DNA of 64,000 nt, from contig DATAVZ010000098.1 in assembly GCA_036267475.1 (NCBI GenBank), positions 4,974-68,973 of the forward strand, read 5' to 3'. Under the pieces are notes generated by a model that was not told the DNA's origin, made no database searches, and saw only the letters and a program-made list of their open reading frames with translations. The translations under genes and the position numbers were made by a program. Source of the DNA: Terracidiphilus sp. Lineage in GTDB: Bacteria; Acidobacteriota; Terriglobia; Terriglobales; Acidobacteriaceae. Below are positions 29,948 to 38,521 of the stretch, piece by piece (the first letter of the stretch is position 1; every line of letters begins with the position of its first letter).

Positions 29948-30594
29948 GGGTTCTCCTTCCGCTCGCGGTCTGTACCGGGCATGTCTGGTGTTGGTTAAAT
30001 TGTGGGATAAGAATCTTGCGGCTACCGCTACATACTCATAGATCAATTTTTTCGGACAAAAGGGACACTACCTGAAACTTTCTTCATTTTTGTTCGATCG
30101 GCTGCGGTTTCGTGCAGTCCTCTTCATACTCATAGATCAATTTTTTCGGGTAAAAGTCCCGGCTCGCCCAAACTTTTCTCAAAATAATTTCCGCTGGATA
30201 GGTCTGCACACTTTGCAGTGAAATTCTAAAGGAGTTAAGCGAAATGACCGAACCGCGTAGACGCATCGCTCGAAAAGTGTAGGCTACCCCATCACTTCTT
30301 TCTGCCGCAAGCGCGTTGCCCGGTTGCTGCCTCTTGCCGCTAGATTCTGAGTAGTGGGTCAGACCCTCAATCGCGCACTTCACCGAGGAATTTTGCTAGA
30401 GCCTCGATGGTGGGTGGGCAGTTCCCCGCTGGCGGGGAACTGGTCAATCTCGAATCCCGGCGCAATACGGATAACATCAGATCGCTGACGTTCGCCAGTC
30501 TTGATGGGCATCTCTTCCGGCCTGATCTTGCCAGCAGCCAGGGCATCCAAAGCAGACGTGATGGTCTCTCGCAGAACGCTGGCGTCAGTCTGCC

Positions 30595-31161
30595 CTATGC
30601 TGCACCTTGCCGGATGGCTTGTGCCTCACTGCCCCATGCAGCCTCGGTTGTCTCATGCTGCTCGAACGGTCGCACGTCAATCTGACGACGCATTCCATTC
30701 TGGCGTCTAAATTCGCGCTCTGCATCTTCGCGGCGTTCTTTGGTAATCTGCCGCGTGGCCTTGGCAACCGCATCACGCACTAGAATGTTCTTCCGTTCTG
30801 CTTCTATCGCCTTGGCATCTTCACTCTTGAACAGCACATCTATGACTTTCTGCAACCTGTTGGCCGCAGGTTTGTCTGCGAAGTGAAGCTGAGACCATAC
30901 AGCATCCAGGCTGGCACGCACAGCGCGGGTGCAAGCATGGCATCTCTTGCCGGTCGCTACGGTCTCATGGTCGCAGCGGTCGAAGTAAACCCGGCTGGCT
31001 ACAGCACCAGGTGCTTTTCTTGCTGTGAGTGATTCTTGTATTGCCGCCGTGGTGCAGGCAGGGCAAGCATAAACGGGATTCTGCCCTAGTGTGTGAAAGG
31101 TGAATGGCTGTGCAAGGCTGCTGGACTCTCCCAGGTGCTGGCAAAGATCAGGTGTAGACAT
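30595..31161 (-). CDS. Cys-rich hypothetical protein (188 aa)
   Basis: AGGAG RBS; CQH, CPAC, CDH and CHAC motifs, then a charged helical C-terminus. Confidence 0.65.
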   Translation of the reverse strand: MSTPDLCQHLGESSSLAQPFTFHTLGQNPVYACPACTTAAIQESLTARKAPGAVASRVYFDRCDHETVATGKRCHACTRAVRASLDAVWSQLHFADKPAANRLQKVIDVLFKSEDAKAIEAERKNILVRDAVAKATRQITKERREDAEREFRRQNGMRRQIDVRPFEQHETTEAAWGSEAQAIRQGAA

Positions 31162-31445
31162 GGTTCTCCTGTGTACCGGATGTGACCGGCTAGTAAATGT
31201 TTTGAGATTTGGCCGCATGTGGACCAGGATTGTAACCAGGGTTGTACCGCTCGCTACGCTCGCTCAAAAGATGGCGAACCACAAGACTTTTACCCCTTGA
31301 TGTTTCAGACTAGGTATAGCCTTGGCTAGATCAGCGCAGGTACCATCCTGAGACCGCTCGCTCAAGAAGCCTGTATACAGGCACTGTAATTAAAGAGCAT
31401 ATATCTTCCGAACAACTCATCTGTTTTCTTATAGATAAGCCTCGA

Positions 31446-31530
31446 ATCTGTAAAGATTCTTTACACCTAGGCTCTATTATCTGTAAAGATTCTTTACACT
31501 TGGCATGGGTCGATGTAAATAAAATTGACA
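31446..31530. promoter_or_regulatory. Phased palindromic operator/iteron array
   Basis: ATCTGTAAAGATTCTTTACAC at 31446 and 31479 (33 bp period; 17 bp palindrome); degenerate third copy TGTAAATAAAATTGACA at 31514. Confidence 0.7.
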
Positions 31531-31534
31531 CCCG

Positions 31535-31834
31535 TTAGATGGTCACTTTCGAAGCCTCGGTTAGCCGTCTCATCTCCGCGATAGCCGGGTGTTCTGCTTT
31601 ATCAGGAGTCAACCTGCCAACCATGAAGGATCGCACCGCTTGGGATGCCTGCGATTTGGTGAGATGCTGGCCGCGCGTCTCTGACATGGCTTGCTCGAAT
31701 TCGACGAGTCCACCACGGCGACCGCAGCGAGCTTTGCCGCAGATGTACCTACCGTGGTGCTCTCCACGGTCTACAGAAACAGTGAGAGTGGGTTTCGGGT
31801 TGCCGCCGCTGTTATGCCGTGATCTGGTCTCCAT
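31535..31834 (-). pseudogene. Second half of a primase-type zinc-ribbon protein, complementary to the 28909 ORF
   Basis: PKPTLTVSVDRGEHHGRYICGKARCGRRGGLVEF matches the post-CPFH half of CHC2 zinc fingers. Confidence 0.55.
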
Positions 31835-32260
31835 CGTCGTTTAGACACGATTTCAAGATGCGTGCTGCCCTTTTCGTAATCTCCAAGGTTTTTAGTCCAA
31901 CTTTTGGATAGTAGCCTACGGGCAGCACCATGCTGGTTTTCTCATTATTTACCAGCCTTGCGGGTGTAGGCGTCAACTCCTACACCCGATAAGTTTAAGT
32001 TGCACGTGCGGGCGGACTGAATGGTCCCTAAGTTTTAGTCTATCTTCGGGTGCTCATAACTCAATAGCCCGCACGTGCCAAAGATTCAATCAACATTGCA
32101 GCCGATGACTGGTGACCGTGCCTTGTGGGAGTGCCGCGTGTCCTGGTCATCGGTGCAGTTGGGTACACATCTGGAAAAGCCTGCGTCCGTGATATCGATC
32201 ACGGATATAGTGCAACGTGTGCTGATCCATAACCAAACCACGTAAAGGGAACAACTCATC

Positions 32261-32419
32261 GTGAAGAATCTTACAGACGTTATTAATCTTGAAAATATAT
32301 TTTCCGTCCGCGTAGGAGACGATCCAGAGAATGATGTGGACAACAGCCTGGATGCCATGACGGAACAATCTTCGTCCGACACAGACGATCTAATCGCAAT
32401 TACATTCGAGGTTGTCTAA
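32261..32419 (+). CDS. 52 aa acidic small protein directly upstream of the fibre gene
   Basis: GTG start after AAAGGG; 13 Asp/Glu against 2 Lys/Arg; stop lies 2 nt before the next ATG. Confidence 0.4.
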   Translation: MKNLTDVINLENIFSVRVGDDPENDVDNSLDAMTEQSSSDTDDLIAITFEVV

Positions 32420-32421
32420 TA

Positions 32422-33498
32422 ATGGCCGCACCAACAACAAGTATCATGCTCAACACTTCCACGCCTGCTCCTCCTAGTGGACAGCAGAATGTAGCCTTTC
32501 AATCCGATGGTGACACGCCACAGCAGAGAGTTTCAGCCTATATGCCGGTTGCTACTTCATCCCTGTCCGGCGCAATGTACCCAGATGGTGCGACGTGCGA
32601 AGTAGATGGCGCAGGCAAGCTGACTGTGCTCGGCACGACGGGCAGCACGAATGCAAGCGAAATTCAGGGTATAGCTGTTTCTGCCACAACCCCCACCACA
32701 GGTCAAGTACTCGAATACAACGGTACAGAATACGTGCCAACAACACCAAGCATCACCAGCAGCATTACCGCACACTTCGGCACAGCCGACCCTAACGGAG
32801 CAAACACACCTGCAAGCGTGCAATCTGCGTCTGCTGGTGGTGGTTCGGTCGCTCTGTCTTCATCGGTCACCGAAGGTAATTTACTGGTCGTGGTTTTTTC
32901 TATTGACACCTATGTTCCGGGCCGAACATGCACCGATACACTCGGCACCAGCTACACGCAATTGGAAAACCTTTCAACACCGGAAGAGCTAGACGTGTGG
33001 GCTGGCATTGCGCCTGCATCTGGTACCAACACAGTGACCATTTCGGGCAGCATGAATTATCGGCCTGCAATGACAGCCTGCGAGTTTTCTAACGCTACTA
33101 TCTCCGTGGATCAGTCCATCACGTCTTCAGACCATTCATCGATGGCTGGTCCTATCTCTGTGACAACCGCCGCGCCGAATGATCTGGTACTCGCTTGCGT
33201 AGGTAGCAGCAGTGGTGGTTCCGCTACCGTTTCGTCTGGATTCACACAGCTATCTGACCAAGAGGCAGCCTACAACCAAAACGTCACAGCCGTTGCCTAC
33301 TCAGTCGAAACCAGCCCTGCATCGGTATCTGCTTCCTTTTCGCTCCCGAGTACAGGAGCGTGGTGTATGGCGTTGATTGCGCTCAAGGCAATCTCTGACC
33401 CGGTAAGTGGCACCGAAGGTGATCTGTACTTTCAAACCAGTTCCAGCCCGTACACAAGCTATGTGTTGCATAGTGGCGCGTGGCAACCATTCAGTTAA
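32422..33498 (+). CDS. Virion fibre/spike-like structural protein
   Basis: Ser/Thr/Gly/Ala-rich; PTTGQVLEYNGTEYVP and GTADP...GTEGDLYF...Y..HSGAW motifs typical of phage fibre proteins. Confidence 0.6.
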   Translation: MAAPTTSIMLNTSTPAPPSGQQNVAFQSDGDTPQQRVSAYMPVATSSLSGAMYPDGATCEVDGAGKLTVLGTTGSTNASEIQGIAVSATTPTTGQVLEYNGTEYVPTTPSITSSITAHFGTADPNGANTPASVQSASAGGGSVALSSSVTEGNLLVVVFSIDTYVPGRTCTDTLGTSYTQLENLSTPEELDVWAGIAPASGTNTVTISGSMNYRPAMTACEFSNATISVDQSITSSDHSSMAGPISVTTAAPNDLVLACVGSSSGGSATVSSGFTQLSDQEAAYNQNVTAVAYSVETSPASVSASFSLPSTGAWCMALIALKAISDPVSGTEGDLYFQTSSSPYTSYVLHSGAWQPFS

Positions 33499-33553
33499 GC
33501 CATCTGTGACTGTGATCATCTTACTGTAAGGTTATGGTCCACTTTGGGCACAG

Positions 33554-33647
33554 CGGGGATATGGGGGTCGAATAGTTTCAACCTTTTGGGCTCTACGGAA
33601 CGCGCGTGAATCTTCGGCGTGCCCCGTCAGTGCGAAAACCGAAAAAT
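33554..33647. other. Candidate cos packaging region
   Basis: GGGGATATGGGGGTCGAATAGTTT...GGAACGCGCGTGAAT...GCGAAAACCGAAAAAT just upstream of terS; similar in layout to the ends of HK97-like cos phages. Confidence 0.45.
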
Positions 33648-33800
33648 CAGAATCGATTTCGATCCGCAGCACTCGCGGTAACCATATTGTTTTCAGTTGT
33701 TTATGGGAATGTCGAGGAATGCCCTGATAGTAGTACCATTCTCCATCGGAATCAAAAGACGCATGAATGCTGCACAGTGCGCATAAAGGAACCTTGAACC

Positions 33801-34286
33801 ATGAGCAAACGAAAATCGACTGCAAATCATATTGCGGCGGGCACCTTCCGTGCCGATAGACATGCAAAGAGTAGACTCACATTCCCGCCTGCGACCGGCA
33901 CCGCACCACGTTGGCTATCCAAGGTAGCCAAAGCAGAATGGAGGCGTGTAGCGCCCTTTCTGCTTGAGCAGGGCGCACTCCTGGAAGTGGACACGGCAAT
34001 TCTTGCTGCCTACTGCACCGCGTTCGCTGGATACCTGGAAGCAAAGTCTCTGGTGGATGAGCAAGGGCAGATTATCACCGTCACGTCACAGACGCGCACG
34101 GGCAGCACATCAAAGCCGATCCGAAATCCTGCCGTTACTCTCATGCTGGATTATCAGCGTTCAATGCTGGCAGCCGCGAGCAAGATGGGTTTCAGTCCCT
34201 ATGACCGCGAACGCATCGAGGGGCAGGAAATCGAGCCTGAGACTGCTCTCGCAGAAGACGAATTCCCTGAAGCCTTATACGCATAA
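33801..34286 (+). CDS. Phage terminase small subunit, P27 family
   Basis: APRWLSKVAKAEWRRV, DTAILAAYC, RNPAV, ASKMGFSPYDRERI. Confidence 0.88.
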   Translation: MSKRKSTANHIAAGTFRADRHAKSRLTFPPATGTAPRWLSKVAKAEWRRVAPFLLEQGALLEVDTAILAAYCTAFAGYLEAKSLVDEQGQIITVTSQTRTGSTSKPIRNPAVTLMLDYQRSMLAAASKMGFSPYDRERIEGQEIEPETALAEDEFPEALYA

Positions 34287-34321
34287 GTTCTCACTCCCGC
34301 CTAAAAAGGAAAATCCCACAC

Positions 34322-35176
34322 ATGACAAAGCACAAAACTCCCACGCGGGAGCTGCGCACAACCACGTCCAAAGCTCAACCTATGACCGTCCGCACCCTCG
34401 CTGATGGCAGCAAGCAAATTGGTGGCTACGCGATTGTATTCAACTCACGCAGCGTTGACCTTGGCGGATTCACGGAGATTGTTTCTCCTGGTGCAGTCAA
34501 GCGAACGCTCAAAGATGGTCACCCGATCCTCGCATTGCGTGACCATAAGCAAGAGCTGCTGCTCGGCAACACAGCGGCGGGAACGCTCGAACTCAAAGCA
34601 GATTCAAAGGGTCTCGCATTCACCATCACCCTTCCGAGAACCGCAATCGGTGAGGATACGGCAGAGAACGTCAGACTCCGTAACTTGTTCGGCGTGTCGT
34701 TCGGATTCAGCGTCAACTATAGCGAAGATGCAGAGGGTGATTCATGGGCAGCCGATGCTGACGGCAACGTAGTTCGCACCTTGCTTGACATTGATCTGTT
34801 TGAAGTGAGCCCTACCAGCTTTGCAGCCTATCCCGAAGCCAGTGTTTCTACGCGGAGCGCATCACCGGACATCCGAGCAAAACTGAAAGCGAAGCGGGCA
34901 GACCCTGGTTATGTACAGGGACTCGACATGCTCGGCATTCTCAACACCCCAGACGATACCGATCTTGACAACACGGACGGCGACAGCGAAGACACAGATG
35001 GCGAAGAACAGTGCTCCTGTATGCGGAGTGCTGCCTCTTGCGTAGCGTGTCGCACTGGAGACCATGCCAATTGCAATGCTGAAACCCGCTGCGATTTTGC
35101 AGACCGTGATGCTGACCAGCAACGCAGCGATTCACTCCGCATGAAGACACTCATCGCACGGCGAATGGCCGTGTAA
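34322..35176 (+). CDS. HK97-family prohead protease with acidic and Cys-rich C-terminal extension
   Basis: GYAIVFNSRS.DLGGFTEIVSPGA, catalytic His region LRDH, GVSFGF (Ser), LFEVSPTSFAAY. Confidence 0.93.
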   Translation: MTKHKTPTRELRTTTSKAQPMTVRTLADGSKQIGGYAIVFNSRSVDLGGFTEIVSPGAVKRTLKDGHPILALRDHKQELLLGNTAAGTLELKADSKGLAFTITLPRTAIGEDTAENVRLRNLFGVSFGFSVNYSEDAEGDSWAADADGNVVRTLLDIDLFEVSPTSFAAYPEASVSTRSASPDIRAKLKAKRADPGYVQGLDMLGILNTPDDTDLDNTDGDSEDTDGEEQCSCMRSAASCVACRTGDHANCNAETRCDFADRDADQQRSDSLRMKTLIARRMAV

Positions 35177-35224
35177 CGACATTGAAGTAAGACGTAGATA
35201 ACCCGCTCGACTGACTTCACAACA

Positions 35225-35258
35225 AAGGCTCGCCTTAATCGGCGGGCCTTTTTGTTTT
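35225..35258 (+). terminator. Intrinsic terminator between protease and capsid genes
   Basis: AAGGCTCGCC-TTAATC-GGCGGGCCTT followed by TTTGTTTT. Confidence 0.7.
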
Positions 35259-35348
35259 GCAAAGCAAATTCCCTCGGCCGTGAATTTAACCGGCCAATCC
35301 CACAACCTTTCAACCTACTCGGCAAACCCGAGAGAAAGATTCACATAC

Positions 35349-36578
35349 ATGGATTTGCAGCAACTTAAATTTAATCGCAATAAGCTCCTTACCGATATGA
35401 GCACCATTGCAGGCAAGCCCTGGTCTACGGAATCCCGTGCTCAGTTCGACCAGATGAATGTGGATGTGACCAATCTGGAGTCAGACATTCAGCGGGCAGA
35501 GACACTGGCGTCTTTGAACGCGAAAGATCAGCAGTTCACGCGGTCTCCTCGCCCTCAGGTGAACGGCAGCACTACGGATGAAACCAGCGTGGAGTATCGC
35601 AAGAAGAATTTCAGCGAAGCATTTCGTCAGTATGCTCTGCATGGTCGTGCGGGTCTGAATCAGGAGCAGCGCGATCTGTTGACCACATCTGCGGCGACGG
35701 GGGGCGCTCTGATTCCCCAGTTGTTCAATGATTCGCTGACCATGGCTCGCAAGTTCTACGGACCTATTGCGGACAAGGTGAAACAGAAGATCACAGACAA
35801 GAATGGTGCTCCGGTGAAGATTTCACTCGGAAACGATACCACCCATGGACTCACGTTGCTTGGTACGGAAGGTACTAGCTCTCCTGCTGAGACCGATCCG
35901 TCGTTTCAGGCTAATATCCTGGGCGTGGACACCGTAACTGGTGGTCTGGTGAAGGTGTCTTTTGAGGAACTTGAAGACTCTGCGTTCGATTTGGATGCTT
36001 TCCTGCGTGAATCGTTCGGTATGCGCTATGCGCGCGGTCTCGAAAAGGCCATCACTGTAGGCACGGATTCAGCGGGCACTCCTTTGCCGAACCAGACTGC
36101 GGGAGGAATTTCTGCGGGTGCAACCGTGGTTGTCACGACTGTTGCTATCGCGGAGGGCCTTGGGTGGGATGACCTGACGGCTGCATATACCGGCTTGGAC
36201 CCGGCTTATGTGCAGAATGCGTCATGGGTCATGAACTCGACCACTCGTGGTTACTTGGTTGGATTGAAGGATGGGTTTGGCCGCCCATATTTTCAGCCGG
36301 ACCCCTCAGATAATGCGCCTTTCAGTCGCATCCTTGGATTCCCCATCGTGCTTAATCAGTCGATGCCTGCAATGGGTGCTAGTGCGATTCCGATTATCTT
36401 TGGAAGCCTCGCGGACGCCTATATGTTGCGCACAGACGGGCAGCCGTCGATTCTGCGCCTAAATGAGCGATTCGCAGACACGCTGGAAGTAGGTTTCTAT
36501 ATGTGGACCCGCATCGGAGGAATTTCACTGAATGCGGGCGTGACCCCGCTGGTTTCGATTCAGCAAGCGAGCAGCTAG
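35349..36578 (+). CDS. HK97-fold major capsid protein with N-terminal delta/scaffold domain
   Basis: Coiled-coil N-terminus, TGGALIP, WVMNSTT...LKDGFGRPYFQP, ILGFPIV, IIFGSL. Confidence 0.93.
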   Translation: MDLQQLKFNRNKLLTDMSTIAGKPWSTESRAQFDQMNVDVTNLESDIQRAETLASLNAKDQQFTRSPRPQVNGSTTDETSVEYRKKNFSEAFRQYALHGRAGLNQEQRDLLTTSAATGGALIPQLFNDSLTMARKFYGPIADKVKQKITDKNGAPVKISLGNDTTHGLTLLGTEGTSSPAETDPSFQANILGVDTVTGGLVKVSFEELEDSAFDLDAFLRESFGMRYARGLEKAITVGTDSAGTPLPNQTAGGISAGATVVVTTVAIAEGLGWDDLTAAYTGLDPAYVQNASWVMNSTTRGYLVGLKDGFGRPYFQPDPSDNAPFSRILGFPIVLNQSMPAMGASAIPIIFGSLADAYMLRTDGQPSILRLNERFADTLEVGFYMWTRIGGISLNAGVTPLVSIQQASS

Positions 36579-36592
36579 TAGTTAACAAACGG

Positions 36593-36628
36593 ATGGGGCA
36601 GGCTCTCGGGTCTGCCCCATTTGCTTTT
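36593..36628 (+). terminator. Terminator-like hairpin after the capsid gene
   Basis: ATGGGGCAGGC-TCTCGG-GTCTGCCCCAT followed by TTGCTTTT. Confidence 0.6.
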
Positions 36629-36637
36629 GGAGAAGAA

Positions 36638-36844
36638 ATGAAAGTAACAATCATCAAGAGTTTTGTTGTTCCACCTGCTGCACCGTTCACACCCGGTGAA
36701 ATTCTCACCGTGAACGATGAACTCGCTGCGGAGTGGATTCGACTTGGCAATGCAATCGAAGGTCTCATCCCTGCTTACAAGAATCCTGCTACTAATCTGA
36801 TCGTTAAGAAACCTGTCAAGGGCAGGTGGGGTAAACGACGGTGA
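36638..36844 (+). CDS. 68 aa small head-module protein of the type that often follows HK97 capsid genes
   Basis: GGAG RBS; MKVTIIKSF...FTPGEILTVNDELAAEWIRLGNA, basic C-terminus. Confidence 0.65.
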   Translation: MKVTIIKSFVVPPAAPFTPGEILTVNDELAAEWIRLGNAIEGLIPAYKNPATNLIVKKPVKGRWGKRR

Positions 36845-36982
36845 CACTACTCACGCACAGTCGGCACAGCAACGCAGACAGCGACTGACAACTTAACAGT
36901 TTCCTCTCGGAGTCTAGGCTTCGGGAGGGTGCATTTTTCGTATCTGTAATCTTCCACCAAAACACTATTTATAGGAGAACCA

Positions 36983-37249
36983 TTGAATATCGAAACAACC
37001 ATAGCGACTGAGCGTGGCGCAATTGAATCAATCATGGCTGCGAGCAGAGACCTTTTCGAGCCGTTGCTGACCGCAGAGGAAGCGGCGGAATATCTTCTCA
37101 TCCACGTCAAGACACTTCAGAAACTTGCCCGTGAAAAGCGGGTTCCCTGTGTTCGCATGGGGAAATATTGGAGGTTTCGCCTGTCTTCTCTTGACTCTTG
37201 GGTGACGGCACAGCACAATCAAATGCAGCCAACCGTTGTGTGTGAGTGA
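36983..37249 (+). CDS. Excisionase (helix-turn-helix, HTH_17-like)
   Basis: LLTAEEAAEYLLIHVKTLQKLAREKRVPCVRMGKYWRFRLSSLDSWV; AGGAG RBS; directly upstream of the integrase. Confidence 0.85.
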   Translation: MNIETTIATERGAIESIMAASRDLFEPLLTAEEAAEYLLIHVKTLQKLAREKRVPCVRMGKYWRFRLSSLDSWVTAQHNQMQPTVVCE

Positions 37250-37261
37250 CAGGAGAGCATC

Positions 37262-38458
37262 TTGAATCACACACGCAGCAAATATCAAAGAGGAAGTCTC
37301 CGCAGAGTGTCTCGCAAATCCGGTGCCGACGTTTGGGAATATCGATTCCGCAACCACGCGGAACCTGGTAGTCCTATGCGCCAGATTACGCTCTCCACAC
37401 TTGAATACCCAACCGAGTCAAAGGCTTTGCTTCGTCTTCAAGAGGAATTGCTTCGCATCAATGGAGCATCAGCCTACAGACAGCAGAACAAGCCGACATT
37501 GGGCCTAGTCATAGATCGATTCAACAGGGAAGAGCGTATTGAGGACATTGTGAAACAGCAGCCGGGCGAGATCACCATCACCGATGGTCTCTCCTATAGC
37601 ACCGCACGCGGATACCGCAGCTATCTCTCAAAGCACGTAAAACCGAGATGGGGCAGCACTCCGCTGGTGGATATTAAAGCACTAGAAGTCACTGAGTGGT
37701 TGAAGTCTCTACCCCTGTCACCGAAAACGCGCGGGCAAGTGCGGGCGCTCCTGCATCTGCTATTCGAGCGGGCCATGCTGTGGTGTCTAATTGAACTACA
37801 GCGCAATCCCATCGAGCTAGTCAAGGTGAAGGGTACCAGCAAGCGTCAGAAGAGACCGCAGATACTTGCCCCTGCGAAGTTCCTGGAACTGGTAGGCAAA
37901 CTGCGTGACCCGTACAGGACAATGGCTATTGTGGCGATGTGTACCGGTCTGCGAGTATCAGAGATTCTGGCCTTGCGGTGGGAACACATCGACTTCAAGG
38001 CAGGGTCGATGATGGTCACGCAGGGTGTGGTCAATGGGAGAATCGGGAGGGCGAAGACGGAAGCATCGCATGATGATGTTCCGCTTGACTCCGCGTTTGC
38101 CGATGTTCTGCTCCGTTGGAAGGGTGACCACAAAGAGGGTCTTGTATTTCCCTCACCCGTCACAGGGGGTTGCTACTACAGCGGAATCATCCAAAGGCAG
38201 ATTCTCAAACCGAAGGGTGAAGATGTTGGCATAGCAGGTTTGGGCTGGCATACTTTCAGACACACGTATCGTTCGCTCCTGGACGAAACGGGCGCTCCGA
38301 TTGGTGTGCAGCAAAAGCTGATGCGTCATGCCAACGTGTCTACCACAATGAACGTGTACGGCAACGCAAGCCTGAAGGCGAAGCAGCAAGCTAACTCTAA
38401 GGTTGTGCAGATGGTGATGAAGGAAAAGCCGCAGACAAAGGAATCATCTGCGGCCTAA
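37262..38458 (+). CDS. Tyrosine recombinase (phage integrase)
   Basis: Intact catalytic set TGLRVSE (R), HTFRH (HxxR), MRHA (H), MNVY (Y); N-terminal arm-binding strand VWEYRFR. Confidence 0.95.
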   Translation: MNHTRSKYQRGSLRRVSRKSGADVWEYRFRNHAEPGSPMRQITLSTLEYPTESKALLRLQEELLRINGASAYRQQNKPTLGLVIDRFNREERIEDIVKQQPGEITITDGLSYSTARGYRSYLSKHVKPRWGSTPLVDIKALEVTEWLKSLPLSPKTRGQVRALLHLLFERAMLWCLIELQRNPIELVKVKGTSKRQKRPQILAPAKFLELVGKLRDPYRTMAIVAMCTGLRVSEILALRWEHIDFKAGSMMVTQGVVNGRIGRAKTEASHDDVPLDSAFADVLLRWKGDHKEGLVFPSPVTGGCYYSGIIQRQILKPKGEDVGIAGLGWHTFRHTYRSLLDETGAPIGVQQKLMRHANVSTTMNVYGNASLKAKQQANSKVVQMVMKEKPQTKESSAA

Positions 38459-38521
38459 TTCTTAACGTGGGGTTCCGTGGGGTTGGGCTTCTCTACCGCA
38501 TTCGCTAAGTTCTTTAGAATC

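Noticed and set aside
31800-31912. Continuation of the tape measure gene on the + strand if the block were flipped back
   Set aside because: The rejoined frame reads ALGCRRCYAVIWSP... and stops within about 40 codons, so simple re-inversion does not restore a TMP
33606-33797. 63 aa ORF before terS as the expected HNH nuclease
   Set aside because: No CxxC or HNH motif and it overlaps the cos-like DNA
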